A stretch of 64,000 nucleotides of DNA from the NCBI GenBank assembly GCA_947648875.1, contig CANSPM010000011.1, positions 4,490 to 68,489 of the forward strand. Direction: 5' to 3'. How positions within the stretch are numbered: the stretch's first letter is position 1; each line of letters opens with the position of its first letter. Source of the stretch: an uncultured Lachnospiraceae bacterium (GTDB lineage Bacteria > Bacillota > Clostridia > Lachnospirales > Lachnospiraceae). The translations under genes and the position numbers were made by a program. The notes under the pieces are model-generated. The model saw only the letters and a list, made by a program, of their open reading frames with translations. It made no database searches and was not told where the DNA came from. Of this stretch, positions 20,179 through 30,121 are shown one piece after another.

Positions 20179-20308
20179 GTAGAGCAGCTACGCACCCCCT
20201 TTCTAATAGAATCAATGCGGAAGGCGGGTAGTTCCATCAAGTCTTATAGCGCAGGCATACCTGAGTCCTGGGTACAGGATTTTGCTGTGCCGGGAAGAGA
20301 GATCAATC

Positions 20309-20842
20309 ATGCAGAAGAGAGTTTTTCAGTTGTTGGTAGACAATACATCCGGCGTATTGAGCCGTATATCCGGCCTGTTTTCACGCAGGGGATACAATAT
20401 TGAGAGTATTACTGCGGGAGTGACCGTCGATCCCCGCTTTACCCGGGTTACGATTGTAACCTGTGGAGACGATGAGATTCTGGAACAGATAGAGAAGCAG
20501 GTAGGTAAGTTGATCGACGTGCGTAATATCAAGGAATTAAGGCCGGAGGAGAGTGTTTACCGGGAACTGGCCCTGATCAAGGTTAAGGCAGATCCCCAGC
20601 AGCGCCAGAGCATCATAGCTGTGGCGGATATTTTCCGGGCTAAAATTATTGATGTGTCCAAGGACAGCCTGATCATCGAACTCACAGGCAACCAGGCCAA
20701 GATTGAGGCATTTATGAACCTGCTGGACGGCTACGAGATTCTGGAGTCGGCCAGAACAGGGATCGCGGGTCTGGGCAGGGGGATGGAGAATGTAATTCAT
20801 CTGGAGAGCGATATGGAAGAACAATCGCATTTTCCATCTTGA
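20309..20842 (+). CDS. ilvN: Acetolactate synthase small subunit, copy 2 (paralog)
   Basis: ATG at 20309. 'FQLLVDNTSGVLSRISGLFSRRGYNIESITAGVTVDP' matches the family. Roughly 40 percent identical by eye to copy 1, with an extra acidic C-terminal tail. Confidence 0.85.
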   Translation: MQKRVFQLLVDNTSGVLSRISGLFSRRGYNIESITAGVTVDPRFTRVTIVTCGDDEILEQIEKQVGKLIDVRNIKELRPEESVYRELALIKVKADPQQRQSIIAVADIFRAKIIDVSKDSLIIELTGNQAKIEAFMNLLDGYEILESARTGIAGLGRGMENVIHLESDMEEQSHFPS

Positions 20843-20849
20843 TACATGA

Positions 20850-21932
<1,083 letters not shown>

Positions 21933-21947
21933 GATTCTATTGTTATG

Positions 21948-21986
21948 AAAAAAAGAGTTGCCATTGCGACAACTCTTTTTTATTTT
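21948..21986. terminator. Bidirectional intrinsic terminator between ilvC (+) and the lipoprotein operon (-)
   Basis: AAAAGAGTTG (21951-21960) pairs with CAACTCTTTT (21970-21979) around a 9-nt loop. An A-tract lies upstream and a T-tract downstream. Confidence 0.75.
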
Positions 21987-22050
21987 CCTGTATCTCCGAT
22001 AAACGCTTCGGTACATATTTCTGTGCGCCGCCAGTATTGGTCCGCTTAGA

Positions 22051-24396
22051 TCAGAAACTGTTTTCATCCAGGTACAGTTGTACCCGGCTCTGAATAATCT
22101 GGATCACTTCGTCTATATTTTTATCCCCGGCAAAGTAGGACTCCGCCTCTTCCATGACGATATCCGCAATAATGCTGTCCCGGGGCGGTCTGGGGACACA
22201 GTTGTCCAGAAAAGTTATGTAATCCTCCACATAGGAAGTGCCGTCCGGTTTTCCATCCAACACCATGTAACTTCCTTCTCCCAAGTCATACTTCAGGGAG
22301 GAATCCCATTTGGAGAAAATAACACGTTCCCGTAACACATCCCGGCGCAGGCAGTTATTGGGGAATTGGCGCTCCAATTCATCATCGTAGAGAGTTGGCA
22401 GAAATTCTTCGATCAGGTCCATGTTTTCCGTATCCTTACTGACTACCAGGAAATATTCCGCCTGTACCAGGTTGCCGCTTACGTCTCTGGTGGGAACTCC
22501 CACCCAGTGGTAGCCCTCGGGAAAAAAGGACATCTCGCGGCTGAAATCAAGGATTCCCCTGTACAGATCGCAGGCATAGGCCAGGTATTCCCCCTCTATG
22601 ACGGCTCGTGCGGGAGCGGCATTCCGCGCGTCAGGATTGGATTCCGGAATAGGGGTATTTTTGCAGTATTCCAAAAGTTTGCGGAACACTTCGCTGTCAA
22701 AGTGACAGGCGCCAGCCTCCCTGTCCATCAGAGAAGAGTCAATATTCTGAAGAACAAGCCGGTACAGCACATCCGATGCCTTAGGCATGAAGCCATACAC
22801 TGGGACCAGGCCTTTCAATGTATCTTCCGGCGCATTCTCCGCCAGTTCCAGAATGTCCTCCAGCGTCCAGGTGTCCTCGGGCCAGACGGCGTCGGAGACC
22901 AATATGCTGGAACAACTCAGGCTGGTGGTAAGTCCTGTCAGTTTTCCGTCGATGGTGCCTGCGTTCCAGACGCAGTTAAACACCTGCTCCCGCGTTGTGG
23001 GCGGAATCATGCCGGTCAAATCAGCCAGCGCTCCTTTATCATAAAGGAGATGCATATTTTCCGCTGAGACGATAAACATATCAGGTGCGTTTCCGGCAAT
23101 GACGCGGTTAATCAGATTGTCGGCATATCTCTCTGACTCCTCCCGGTTGCCGGCTCCGGAGGACTCCACACTTGTAAACTCTATGTTGACGCCGGGATTT
23201 TTCATGGAAAACAGGGCGGCAGCCCTCTGCTCAAGCCGGCTTTCATGAGCGGTGGATACCAGTGTGAGAGTTACGGTTTTTTCCGGAGGTATGGGAGAGA
23301 ACGCATAGATGTTTTGATTTTCGGTTATGGGGTCCATGATTATCAGATCTCCATTCTCCCGGACAGTCATGACCTTATTGGCGTAGGTGTTGGAGCAGAT
23401 ACCGCTTTCCTTACAGTCATAGATCTGTTCCTGCTTCCCGGTCAGGGTATCCCATTTGACAATACAGCCTTCTGAGAGGTAGTACAGGTTTCCGAAGGCA
23501 TCCATGCAGCTGTGTTGCAGTTTCATATCAGGTGTTATGCCCAGAGAGCGCATTTCTCCGGCTGTGTGGTCAAAGATCCAGTAGGAACGGTCCCCTTTGC
23601 TGTCGGTAGTGAATACAGGGAATCCTGTGGAAGTTTTGCACAGGCAGGAGGGAGAGGGCTCTCCCTCCTGCCTTATATGGCACCGCAGCTCTCCTGCGTC
23701 ATCCACCACGACCAGCTGGTCATCCCAGAACAGATAGCAGTATCCGGCGGGGTCACACAGAATGTTCGTTTGGGTACCGGTCACTTCCGTCTGCTGCACA
23801 AGGCCAGCCTCCGTCAGAGCCGGTAGCAGATCCAGAGTTTTCTGTACTCCCTTCTCCAGATGAAAGAGTACCAGAGTAACGCAGGAGAGTGACGAACCGG
23901 TCTCTCCAAAGCTGCAAAATAAAAAGGACGCAAGATTGCTGTCAGCCATGTCCATGCCCGACAGGAAGGCACCCTCCGGCATTCCCCAGCTGTCAGGCTC
24001 AAATGGGGTGAGAAAACTCTGTCCTGCCTGTGTATCAAAATATTCCAGACAGTAATGGACTTTGTGGCTGTTGTCGTCCATATTGCCGGTACGGCACTGA
24101 AGTATGCAGCATATGTTTCCATCCGGGGTGGCGGTGCCAGCAAAATACCACCAGTCGTGATTTTCTGGAGGAGACATCCAGTCATCATGATACTCCGACA
24201 TGTACCAGAGGGAGCCTTCCTCCACTTTTTGGGGTTCTGCGATCTGGTAGGTATCCCAGTTGACGGTCTGCATGGAGGATTCTTCGGAAGTGAAATCTGT
24301 CCCCAAATGGCTGCCCGTATTGTTGCCACAACTTCCCAGAGCAACGATTGCCGCCAGCAGCAGGGCGAAAAAGCCATACCTCTTTTTACCAATCAC
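22051..24396 (-). CDS. Large lipoprotein: unrecognised N-terminal domain (~370 aa) fused to an extracellular solute-binding (SBP family 1-like) domain; distal copy of a tandem pair
   Basis: GTG start. Signal peptide and lipobox 'LLLAAIVALGSC'. The C-terminal half carries 'MKNPGVNIEF', 'IAGNAPDMFIV' and 'WNAGTIDGKL', typical of ABC substrate-binding proteins. Confidence 0.75.
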   Translation of the reverse strand: MIGKKRYGFFALLLAAIVALGSCGNNTGSHLGTDFTSEESSMQTVNWDTYQIAEPQKVEEGSLWYMSEYHDDWMSPPENHDWWYFAGTATPDGNICCILQCRTGNMDDNSHKVHYCLEYFDTQAGQSFLTPFEPDSWGMPEGAFLSGMDMADSNLASFLFCSFGETGSSLSCVTLVLFHLEKGVQKTLDLLPALTEAGLVQQTEVTGTQTNILCDPAGYCYLFWDDQLVVVDDAGELRCHIRQEGEPSPSCLCKTSTGFPVFTTDSKGDRSYWIFDHTAGEMRSLGITPDMKLQHSCMDAFGNLYYLSEGCIVKWDTLTGKQEQIYDCKESGICSNTYANKVMTVRENGDLIIMDPITENQNIYAFSPIPPEKTVTLTLVSTAHESRLEQRAAALFSMKNPGVNIEFTSVESSGAGNREESERYADNLINRVIAGNAPDMFIVSAENMHLLYDKGALADLTGMIPPTTREQVFNCVWNAGTIDGKLTGLTTSLSCSSILVSDAVWPEDTWTLEDILELAENAPEDTLKGLVPVYGFMPKASDVLYRLVLQNIDSSLMDREAGACHFDSEVFRKLLEYCKNTPIPESNPDARNAAPARAVIEGEYLAYACDLYRGILDFSREMSFFPEGYHWVGVPTRDVSGNLVQAEYFLVVSKDTENMDLIEEFLPTLYDDELERQFPNNCLRRDVLRERVIFSKWDSSLKYDLGEGSYMVLDGKPDGTSYVEDYITFLDNCVPRPPRDSIIADIVMEEAESYFAGDKNIDEVIQIIQSRVQLYLDENSF

Positions 24397-24417
24397 TATA
24401 AAATCGCCTCGCTTCCT

Positions 24418-26739
24418 TTAACTGTTTTCATCCAGATATAGTTGTACCCGGCTCTGAATAATACCAACGACCGTGTCCAGGTTTTTATCACCGGAGAAAT
24501 ATGGCTCCACTTCCTCCAACACAATGGAAGCGATAATTGCATCTTCGACGGGGGAAAGGATACAGCTGTCCATGAAGGCTATATATTCTTCCACATAGGA
24601 GGTGCCGTCGGGCTTGGCGGATAACAAAGTATAGGTTCCATCTCCCATATTGAACTGAGGTTCAGAACTCCATTCGGGGATCAATACCCGGCTTCGGAGC
24701 ACGTCACGACGCAGACAGTTCTGGGGATATCTGCGCGCTATCTCATCTCCGTAGAGAGTGGGAAGAAATTCCCGGATCAGGTCCATATTTTCCGTATCTT
24801 TGTTGACTACCAGAAAGTATGAGGCATACACCAGATTGCCGCTTTCCCGATGTGTGGGAACCCCTACCCAGTGATAATTTTCCGGGAAGAGGGACATTTG
24901 GCTGCTGAAATTAGTGAGACTGTTGACCAGGCAGGAATAGGCAATGTATTCTCCGTTTATCACCGACTGGGGCAGAGCGGGATTCTGCGGAATGTAGTCA
25001 GTCTCCGGAAGCGGTGTATTTTTGCAGTATTCCAGAAGTCTTCGGAAAGTCTCGCTGTCAAAATAGCAGGTTTTGGATGCTCTGTCCACAAGGGTGGTTT
25101 CCATGTCCCGCAGGGCGATTTCGTACAGCAACTCAGAGGGGCTGTACTGCATGGGGATGAGTCCTTTTAGTTTTTCCGGCGCCTGATCTGCCAGATTCAG
25201 CATATCTTCCAGTGTCCAGGTGTCCCCGGGCCAGAGATCGTCTGCCGCCAGCATGCTGTGACAGGAAAGGCCGGTAGTAAGCCCCATCAGTTTTCCGTCG
25301 ATGGTTCCCGCGTTCCAGACACAGCCAAATACCTGATCCCGTAGTTGTTCTGGGATCACATCGCTTAAGTCGGCCAAAACATCCTTTTTATAGAGCATAA
25401 GCATGGTCTCCGCGGGGATGATGAACATATCCGGGGCATCCCCCGCCACAATTTGGTTTGTCAGGTTCGTAATACAGGCGGAGAGGTCTTCCCCCTCGGC
25501 AACGGAGAACTCAATGCTGACTCCCGGATTTTTCATGGAATACAGCGCGGCAGCAGTCTGGTCCAACGGGTTATCATCATAGGCGGAAAGCAGCGTCAAA
25601 GTTCGTTCTTTTGCAGGAGCATTCTGGGACAGCGTATAGATGCTCTTTTGTTCCGTCACGGGGTCCAGAATAAGTACATCGCCATCGGCCTGAACAGCCA
25701 TAAGTTTTTTCGCTGCCATATTGCCGCATATAGTGTTGGCCTCACAGTCAAATATGCTTTCCTGCTCCCCTGTCAGGGTATTCCATCTGATCAATTTACC
25801 CATGGAGGTGAGATAATAGATATTTCCATAGGAATCCATACAGCCATAGTCCAGTGACATATAGCCGGATTGTCCCAGGGAGCGCATCTCTCCGGCATCC
25901 TGATCAAAGATCCAATAGGTGTTGGAACGGTTTTGAAGACTCTTGCTCACAAAGACAGGAAGTCCCTCCGGCGTCCTGCACAGATAGGCCAGAGGCGCGT
26001 CATCGTTCTGGGGCTCCGCCAGCAGAAGGAGCTGTCCTGTGTCACTGACAATAATGATCCTGTCTTCCAGAACGATATAGCAGCAGCCGTTTTGATCACA
26101 CAGGATATTCTTCTCTGAATAAGACTCTATTTTGTCAGACATTTCCGCAGCCGTCAGAGCGGGCAGCAGATCCAGCGTCTTTTGCACACCGTTTTCCATA
26201 TGATAGAAGACCAGAGAACAGTAGGACCTGGGTGTACCCACTTCTTCCGCGCTATGGAAGTAGCAGGCGATGAGCCTGTCCCCCACCACGTCTGCCAAGG
26301 TCAGATTCGCTGTTGGCAGACCCCATGTATCGGGACTGACCTCCGCGTGAAAAGAGTCTCCTGTCTCCATATCTAAATAATCCAGACAGTTCCATGCTCT
26401 GGAGAAGCTGCCGTCGTCATTGTAGAGGGCATATTGGGTAAGAGCGCAGAAATCCCCGTCCGGGCTATTATAAAAAGAAGAGTTTTTCCAGCTATAGCTC
26501 TCCGGAAACGCCATCCAGTTATCAAGGTATTCCCGTAGATACCACTGGGAGCCATCTTCTTCTTTCGCAGCCGATTTGATCTGGTGACTGTTCCAGTCCA
26601 CAGTCTGTCCGGCGGGGTCACGGTCTATGTGTTCCTCCCCGGTATTCGGGGGTGCGGCACTTTCGCAGCCAGCCAGAAAGATAAATACAACGGTCAGCAG
26701 ACAGAGAACTTTGTTCCTTTTTGAGTTGTTGTTTTTCAT
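24418..26739 (-). CDS. Large lipoprotein, proximal paralog of the 22051-24396 gene (same two-domain architecture)
   Basis: Lipobox 'VVFIFLAGC'. It is collinear with the neighbour over its full length ('GVQKTLDLLPALT', 'YWIFD..AGEMRSLG', 'MKNPGVSIEF', 'IAGDAPDMFI'). The two genes are 21 nt apart. Confidence 0.75.
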   Translation of the reverse strand: MKNNNSKRNKVLCLLTVVFIFLAGCESAAPPNTGEEHIDRDPAGQTVDWNSHQIKSAAKEEDGSQWYLREYLDNWMAFPESYSWKNSSFYNSPDGDFCALTQYALYNDDGSFSRAWNCLDYLDMETGDSFHAEVSPDTWGLPTANLTLADVVGDRLIACYFHSAEEVGTPRSYCSLVFYHMENGVQKTLDLLPALTAAEMSDKIESYSEKNILCDQNGCCYIVLEDRIIIVSDTGQLLLLAEPQNDDAPLAYLCRTPEGLPVFVSKSLQNRSNTYWIFDQDAGEMRSLGQSGYMSLDYGCMDSYGNIYYLTSMGKLIRWNTLTGEQESIFDCEANTICGNMAAKKLMAVQADGDVLILDPVTEQKSIYTLSQNAPAKERTLTLLSAYDDNPLDQTAAALYSMKNPGVSIEFSVAEGEDLSACITNLTNQIVAGDAPDMFIIPAETMLMLYKKDVLADLSDVIPEQLRDQVFGCVWNAGTIDGKLMGLTTGLSCHSMLAADDLWPGDTWTLEDMLNLADQAPEKLKGLIPMQYSPSELLYEIALRDMETTLVDRASKTCYFDSETFRRLLEYCKNTPLPETDYIPQNPALPQSVINGEYIAYSCLVNSLTNFSSQMSLFPENYHWVGVPTHRESGNLVYASYFLVVNKDTENMDLIREFLPTLYGDEIARRYPQNCLRRDVLRSRVLIPEWSSEPQFNMGDGTYTLLSAKPDGTSYVEEYIAFMDSCILSPVEDAIIASIVLEEVEPYFSGDKNLDTVVGIIQSRVQLYLDENS

Positions 26740-26786
26740 GGATGTATCCTTCTTTCTTTTTTATAGGTTCGGGTGATGCTAAGTAT

Positions 26787-26815
26787 ATTATATAAAATAC
26801 GGCGGTGGAGCACAA
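26787..26815 (-). promoter_or_regulatory. Candidate promoter of the lipoprotein operon (minus strand)
   Basis: On the minus strand: TTGTGC (complement of 26810-26815), 17-nt spacer, TATAAT (complement of 26787-26792). Confidence 0.4.
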
Positions 26816-26894
26816 TAAGCGTAGGGCTGATTCAGATAAGGATTTATTTAAGATTATATTAATTTCAGCTTAATAATTTTCTTGTGGGAATTTG

Positions 26895-26924
26895 TTGAAA
26901 GGAACTCTCATCGTGTGGTATGAT
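26895..26924 (+). promoter_or_regulatory. SigA-type promoter of the tldD/tldE-like pair
   Basis: TTGAAA (26895-26900), 18-nt spacer, extended -10 TGgTATGAT (26916-26924). Confidence 0.5.
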
Positions 26925-26958
26925 ATAAAGATCAGAAATCTTGGCCAGGAGGAGCGGA

Positions 26959-28296
26959 ATGTTTATTTTTCCGAAAAATCTATTTACGGAAGTGCGGATA
27001 GAGAGAAATGATTATGTAAATTATTACACTGCCAACGACGAGGTGGAGAGCAATAATCAGTCCCAGACCACAGGTGCCCTGATCAGAGTCTTTGACGGAG
27101 ATATGTGGTACTCCGGCACCACCAATGAACTGGGGCGGATACAGGAGGAGATAGACTCCCTGGCTTCTCTGGCCAAAAGGAACTCAAAAATTTATGACCA
27201 TCCGGAAATCAGAAATTTTGGCAGTCATAAGGCCCACATCATAAAATATGAGGGGGAGGATGATGTACGTAAAATCACACCCTGCCAGAGAGAGGAACTG
27301 GTGGCTCATTATCTTGCGGTTTGTGTGGACAAGTCCGTAGAGGAGATGAAAAGCTATGGGGGCACCTTTTACAGCACGCACACGGTTAAAGAATACTACT
27401 CCAGCAAGGGCGCGGCCATCCGGCAGGACATGCAGCGATGCAGCGTGTGGGTGGGCGCCGCGTTTGTGGTGGAGGGCGTGACCACCTGGGGAGGAAAGAA
27501 TTTTCAGGCTATGTCCTTTAAACAGTTGCAGGGTCGGGAGCAGGAAATTCGGGAGGAGCTGGACCGATATTTAGACTATGCCAGAAATGCTGTGGATATA
27601 CTGCCCGGCAACTACACCTGTGTGCTGTCGCCGGCTGCCACGGCTCTGTTTACCCATGAGAGTTTCGGACATAAGAGCGAGTCCGACTATATGTTGGGTG
27701 ATAAGACTCTGCGGGAGGAGTGGGTGTTGGGCAAAAAAGTGGGAAGTGAGAAGGTCTCCATCTGTGACAACGGCAATATGGAACACAATGGTTATACTCC
27801 TTATGACGATGAGGGAAATGTGGCCAGAGAGACATGGCTGATCCGGAAGGGAGTGCTCACTGGCAGACTTCATGACAGCGAATCCGCATCGGCGCTGGAG
27901 GAGGAAGTCACCGGAAATTCCCGGGCGGACAGTTATGAGGCGATTCCCATGGTGAGAATGACCAACACCTATATGGCGGCGGGAGATGATGACCCGGAGG
28001 AGATTCTCCAAGGTGTGCGGGATGGTATCTATGTCTATGACACTCTTTACGGCACCGGGTTCTCCACCTTTACCATGCAGCCCGGTCTGTGTTATCGGAT
28101 CAGGGAGGGCCGGATCTGTGAACCGCTCCGGGTCAATGTAATCACGGGAAGCGTGTTCCAGACTCTGTTTGATATTGACGCGGTGGGCAATGACCTGGAG
28201 ATCTTTGACACGTTTTATTGCGGCAAGAACGGCCAGACAATACAGGTATCTGCGGGAGGTCCCACCGTAAGGGTCCGGAAACTCACTTTTAATTGA
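26959..28296 (+). CDS. TldD-like metalloprotease (TldD/PmbA family, catalytic subunit)
   Basis: ATG at 26959 follows AGGAGGAG. HExxxH motif 'THESFGHKSE'. The C-terminal 'GKNGQTIQVSAGGPTVRV' is typical of the family. Confidence 0.75.
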   Translation: MFIFPKNLFTEVRIERNDYVNYYTANDEVESNNQSQTTGALIRVFDGDMWYSGTTNELGRIQEEIDSLASLAKRNSKIYDHPEIRNFGSHKAHIIKYEGEDDVRKITPCQREELVAHYLAVCVDKSVEEMKSYGGTFYSTHTVKEYYSSKGAAIRQDMQRCSVWVGAAFVVEGVTTWGGKNFQAMSFKQLQGREQEIREELDRYLDYARNAVDILPGNYTCVLSPAATALFTHESFGHKSESDYMLGDKTLREEWVLGKKVGSEKVSICDNGNMEHNGYTPYDDEGNVARETWLIRKGVLTGRLHDSESASALEEEVTGNSRADSYEAIPMVRMTNTYMAAGDDDPEEILQGVRDGIYVYDTLYGTGFSTFTMQPGLCYRIREGRICEPLRVNVITGSVFQTLFDIDAVGNDLEIFDTFYCGKNGQTIQVSAGGPTVRVRKLTFN

Positions 28297-28349
28297 ACTA
28301 GGAAACGCGCAACTTTATGACAGCATGTTCCTGAGGTATTCCTGATAAC

Positions 28350-29588
28350 ATGCGGAATCTATATTATATGAAAATGATGAGAGAAAAGTATACGCTTCGC
28401 GGGGTTATATCCGCCGTGGGAATTGAGGAGAACAGAATCCGTGCTTTTAACAGGCGCAACGAACAGTATTTTTCCTTCCGGGTGCTGGAAGAGGGATATT
28501 TGGGCGTACATTTTCAGATTGGCGAGATGGGAGATGAGGAGGGGTATGCCAGAGCGAGACAGAATCTGGTTCTGAAAAGACCCTACCCGTTTACCCTGGA
28601 GACCGGCAGGCGCAGCCGGGATCTGACGCAACGGGTGCTTACAGACAAGCAGCTGTTAGAGATAGCGAAGGAGGCACTGGATCATGTGCGTTCCCGGCAT
28701 CCGGACTTTACATTGAACGGCGGCTTTTGGCAGTGCGTATCGGATTCGGGAGTGGAAAATGACAGAGGGTTGGCGTATTCCGACATGGACTGCACTACCG
28801 AGTTCCGGTTTTCTTTCAAACACAGAGATAGCCGGGAACTGATTGACGGGAGATTTTCCATAGGACAGAGGGACTTTGACGCACAGAAGCTCTATGCCAT
28901 GGCGGACAATTACCTCGCAGGCTTTGGAACGGAGCAGAAACTGCCGGACGAGATTATTGTTCAAATGCAGTATTATGATCTGTTGGGCCTATTGGCGGGA
29001 AGCCTGAACGCAGAGAGCATGTGTCTGGGCACCTCCCTGTTGTCCGGAAGAATCGGGGAAAAATTGTTTGCCGATCATTTTAGTCTGGCCCATGATGTGT
29101 CAGCGGACGAGTGTTGGAACACGCCTTTTTTTGACGGAGAGGGTATCACCCGGAAGGGGGACCGGCTGTCCTACATCGAAAACGGGGTGGTGCTGCGGGG
29201 GTATGCGGACAAAAGGATTGCCGCCAAATACGGAGTGGAGCACACGGGCAGCGCTCTGAGAACCTGTTCCGATATCCCGAACAACGGGAATGTGAACCTG
29301 CGGATTCAGCGCAGTGACAGAACGATCAGGGGACTTTTAAACGGAAGGCTGTCTGTCGTCCCCATCCGGTACAGCGGCGGAGGATTTAATGAAAAAGGAG
29401 ACTGGGTCATGCCGGTGCAGCTGGCGTATCTCTGCGACGGGGAGAATTTTTTGGGTCGACTGCCAGAGTTTACCTTGGTGAGCAGTATGTTTGACATGTT
29501 TGGAAAAGACTTTATCGGCGTGGGCAGTGACAATCCTGTGTTTCACGACAAAAGCATTCTGGTGCGGATGAGAACAGGCAAAATATGA
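28350..29588 (+). CDS. TldE/PmbA-like partner subunit (TldD/PmbA family, no HExxxH)
   Basis: 412 aa. Family-like blocks 'FFDGEGITRKG', 'IENGVL.GY' and 'GSALR' are present. It lacks the zinc motif, as expected for a non-catalytic partner. The start codon is uncertain (28350 or 28368). Confidence 0.7.
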   Translation: MRNLYYMKMMREKYTLRGVISAVGIEENRIRAFNRRNEQYFSFRVLEEGYLGVHFQIGEMGDEEGYARARQNLVLKRPYPFTLETGRRSRDLTQRVLTDKQLLEIAKEALDHVRSRHPDFTLNGGFWQCVSDSGVENDRGLAYSDMDCTTEFRFSFKHRDSRELIDGRFSIGQRDFDAQKLYAMADNYLAGFGTEQKLPDEIIVQMQYYDLLGLLAGSLNAESMCLGTSLLSGRIGEKLFADHFSLAHDVSADECWNTPFFDGEGITRKGDRLSYIENGVVLRGYADKRIAAKYGVEHTGSALRTCSDIPNNGNVNLRIQRSDRTIRGLLNGRLSVVPIRYSGGGFNEKGDWVMPVQLAYLCDGENFLGRLPEFTLVSSMFDMFGKDFIGVGSDNPVFHDKSILVRMRTGKI

Positions 29589-29604
29589 CAGATTCATATA
29601 AGCG

Positions 29605-29640
29605 GACGGGGTAGCAATACCCCGTCTGCTTTCTTTTTAT
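29605..29640 (+). terminator. Intrinsic terminator after the tldE-like gene
   Basis: GACGGGGTA (29605-29613) pairs with TACCCCGTC (29618-29626) around a 4-nt loop, followed by TGCTTTCTTTTTAT. Confidence 0.8.
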
Positions 29641-29757
29641 CTTTTCTCTTTCTTTAGAAATTCTTTGGATTTCCATGTCAGAAAACTTCAGAAGCGGGAC
29701 GTATACTATCCTCAGATAACAGATGAGGAATGCTGTCGCGTGGCGAATGGAGACCGG

Positions 29758-30072
29758 ATGATCTCCACTGAGAGGAGAGGGCATTCTTTTACTTTCGCAG
29801 AGTCGGCAACAAACACTTCCACGATCTCGTTTTTGGCGGAGAAGGGCGACAAGATCAGATTCTATATTGCCTCGGATATAAAGCAGGGGAATCTGGATAT
29901 TGTTTTGTATGACTCGGAGGGAAATCCGGTTGAGGAACTGGATCAGGCGAGAAGGCAGGTTGCCTATCTGACTATGCATTACAATGACACCTATACGCTT
30001 GCGGCCAAATATACAGATTTTGTCGGGAGCTTCAAAGCGGAAGTATATGAGGTGTATAAAGGAACGAAATAA
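29758..30072 (+). CDS. Small beta-rich cytoplasmic protein of unknown function (PPC / pre-peptidase-C-terminal-like pattern)
   Basis: The ORF is open from 29665 (TTG). In-frame starts are GTG 29740 (GAGGAA upstream) or ATG 29758 (GGAGA upstream). 'GDKIRFYIASD...GNLDIVLYDSEGNPV' resembles PPC beta-sandwich domains. No signal peptide is present. Confidence 0.4.
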   Translation: MISTERRGHSFTFAESATNTSTISFLAEKGDKIRFYIASDIKQGNLDIVLYDSEGNPVEELDQARRQVAYLTMHYNDTYTLAAKYTDFVGSFKAEVYEVYKGTK

Positions 30073-30121
30073 AATTTTACCTTCAGAGCCATTGCGAAGC
30101 AAGTTTAAAGGAGGAAGAAAA

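Noticed and set aside
17863-20308. Possible T-box or leader-peptide attenuators in front of ilvB, the second ilvN and (at 38534-38615) leuC
   Set aside because: I looked for the conserved T-box sequence (..GGTGGTACCGCG-like), an AGAGA/specifier architecture and BCAA-rich leader peptides, and found none. The leaders are also too short (60-125 nt) for a T-box.
26780-26800. AT-rich 'AAGTATATTATATAAAATAC' resembling a dif/Xer site core
   Set aside because: The flanking arms do not match the Firmicute dif consensus. The sequence is better explained as the -10 region of the minus-strand lipoprotein promoter.
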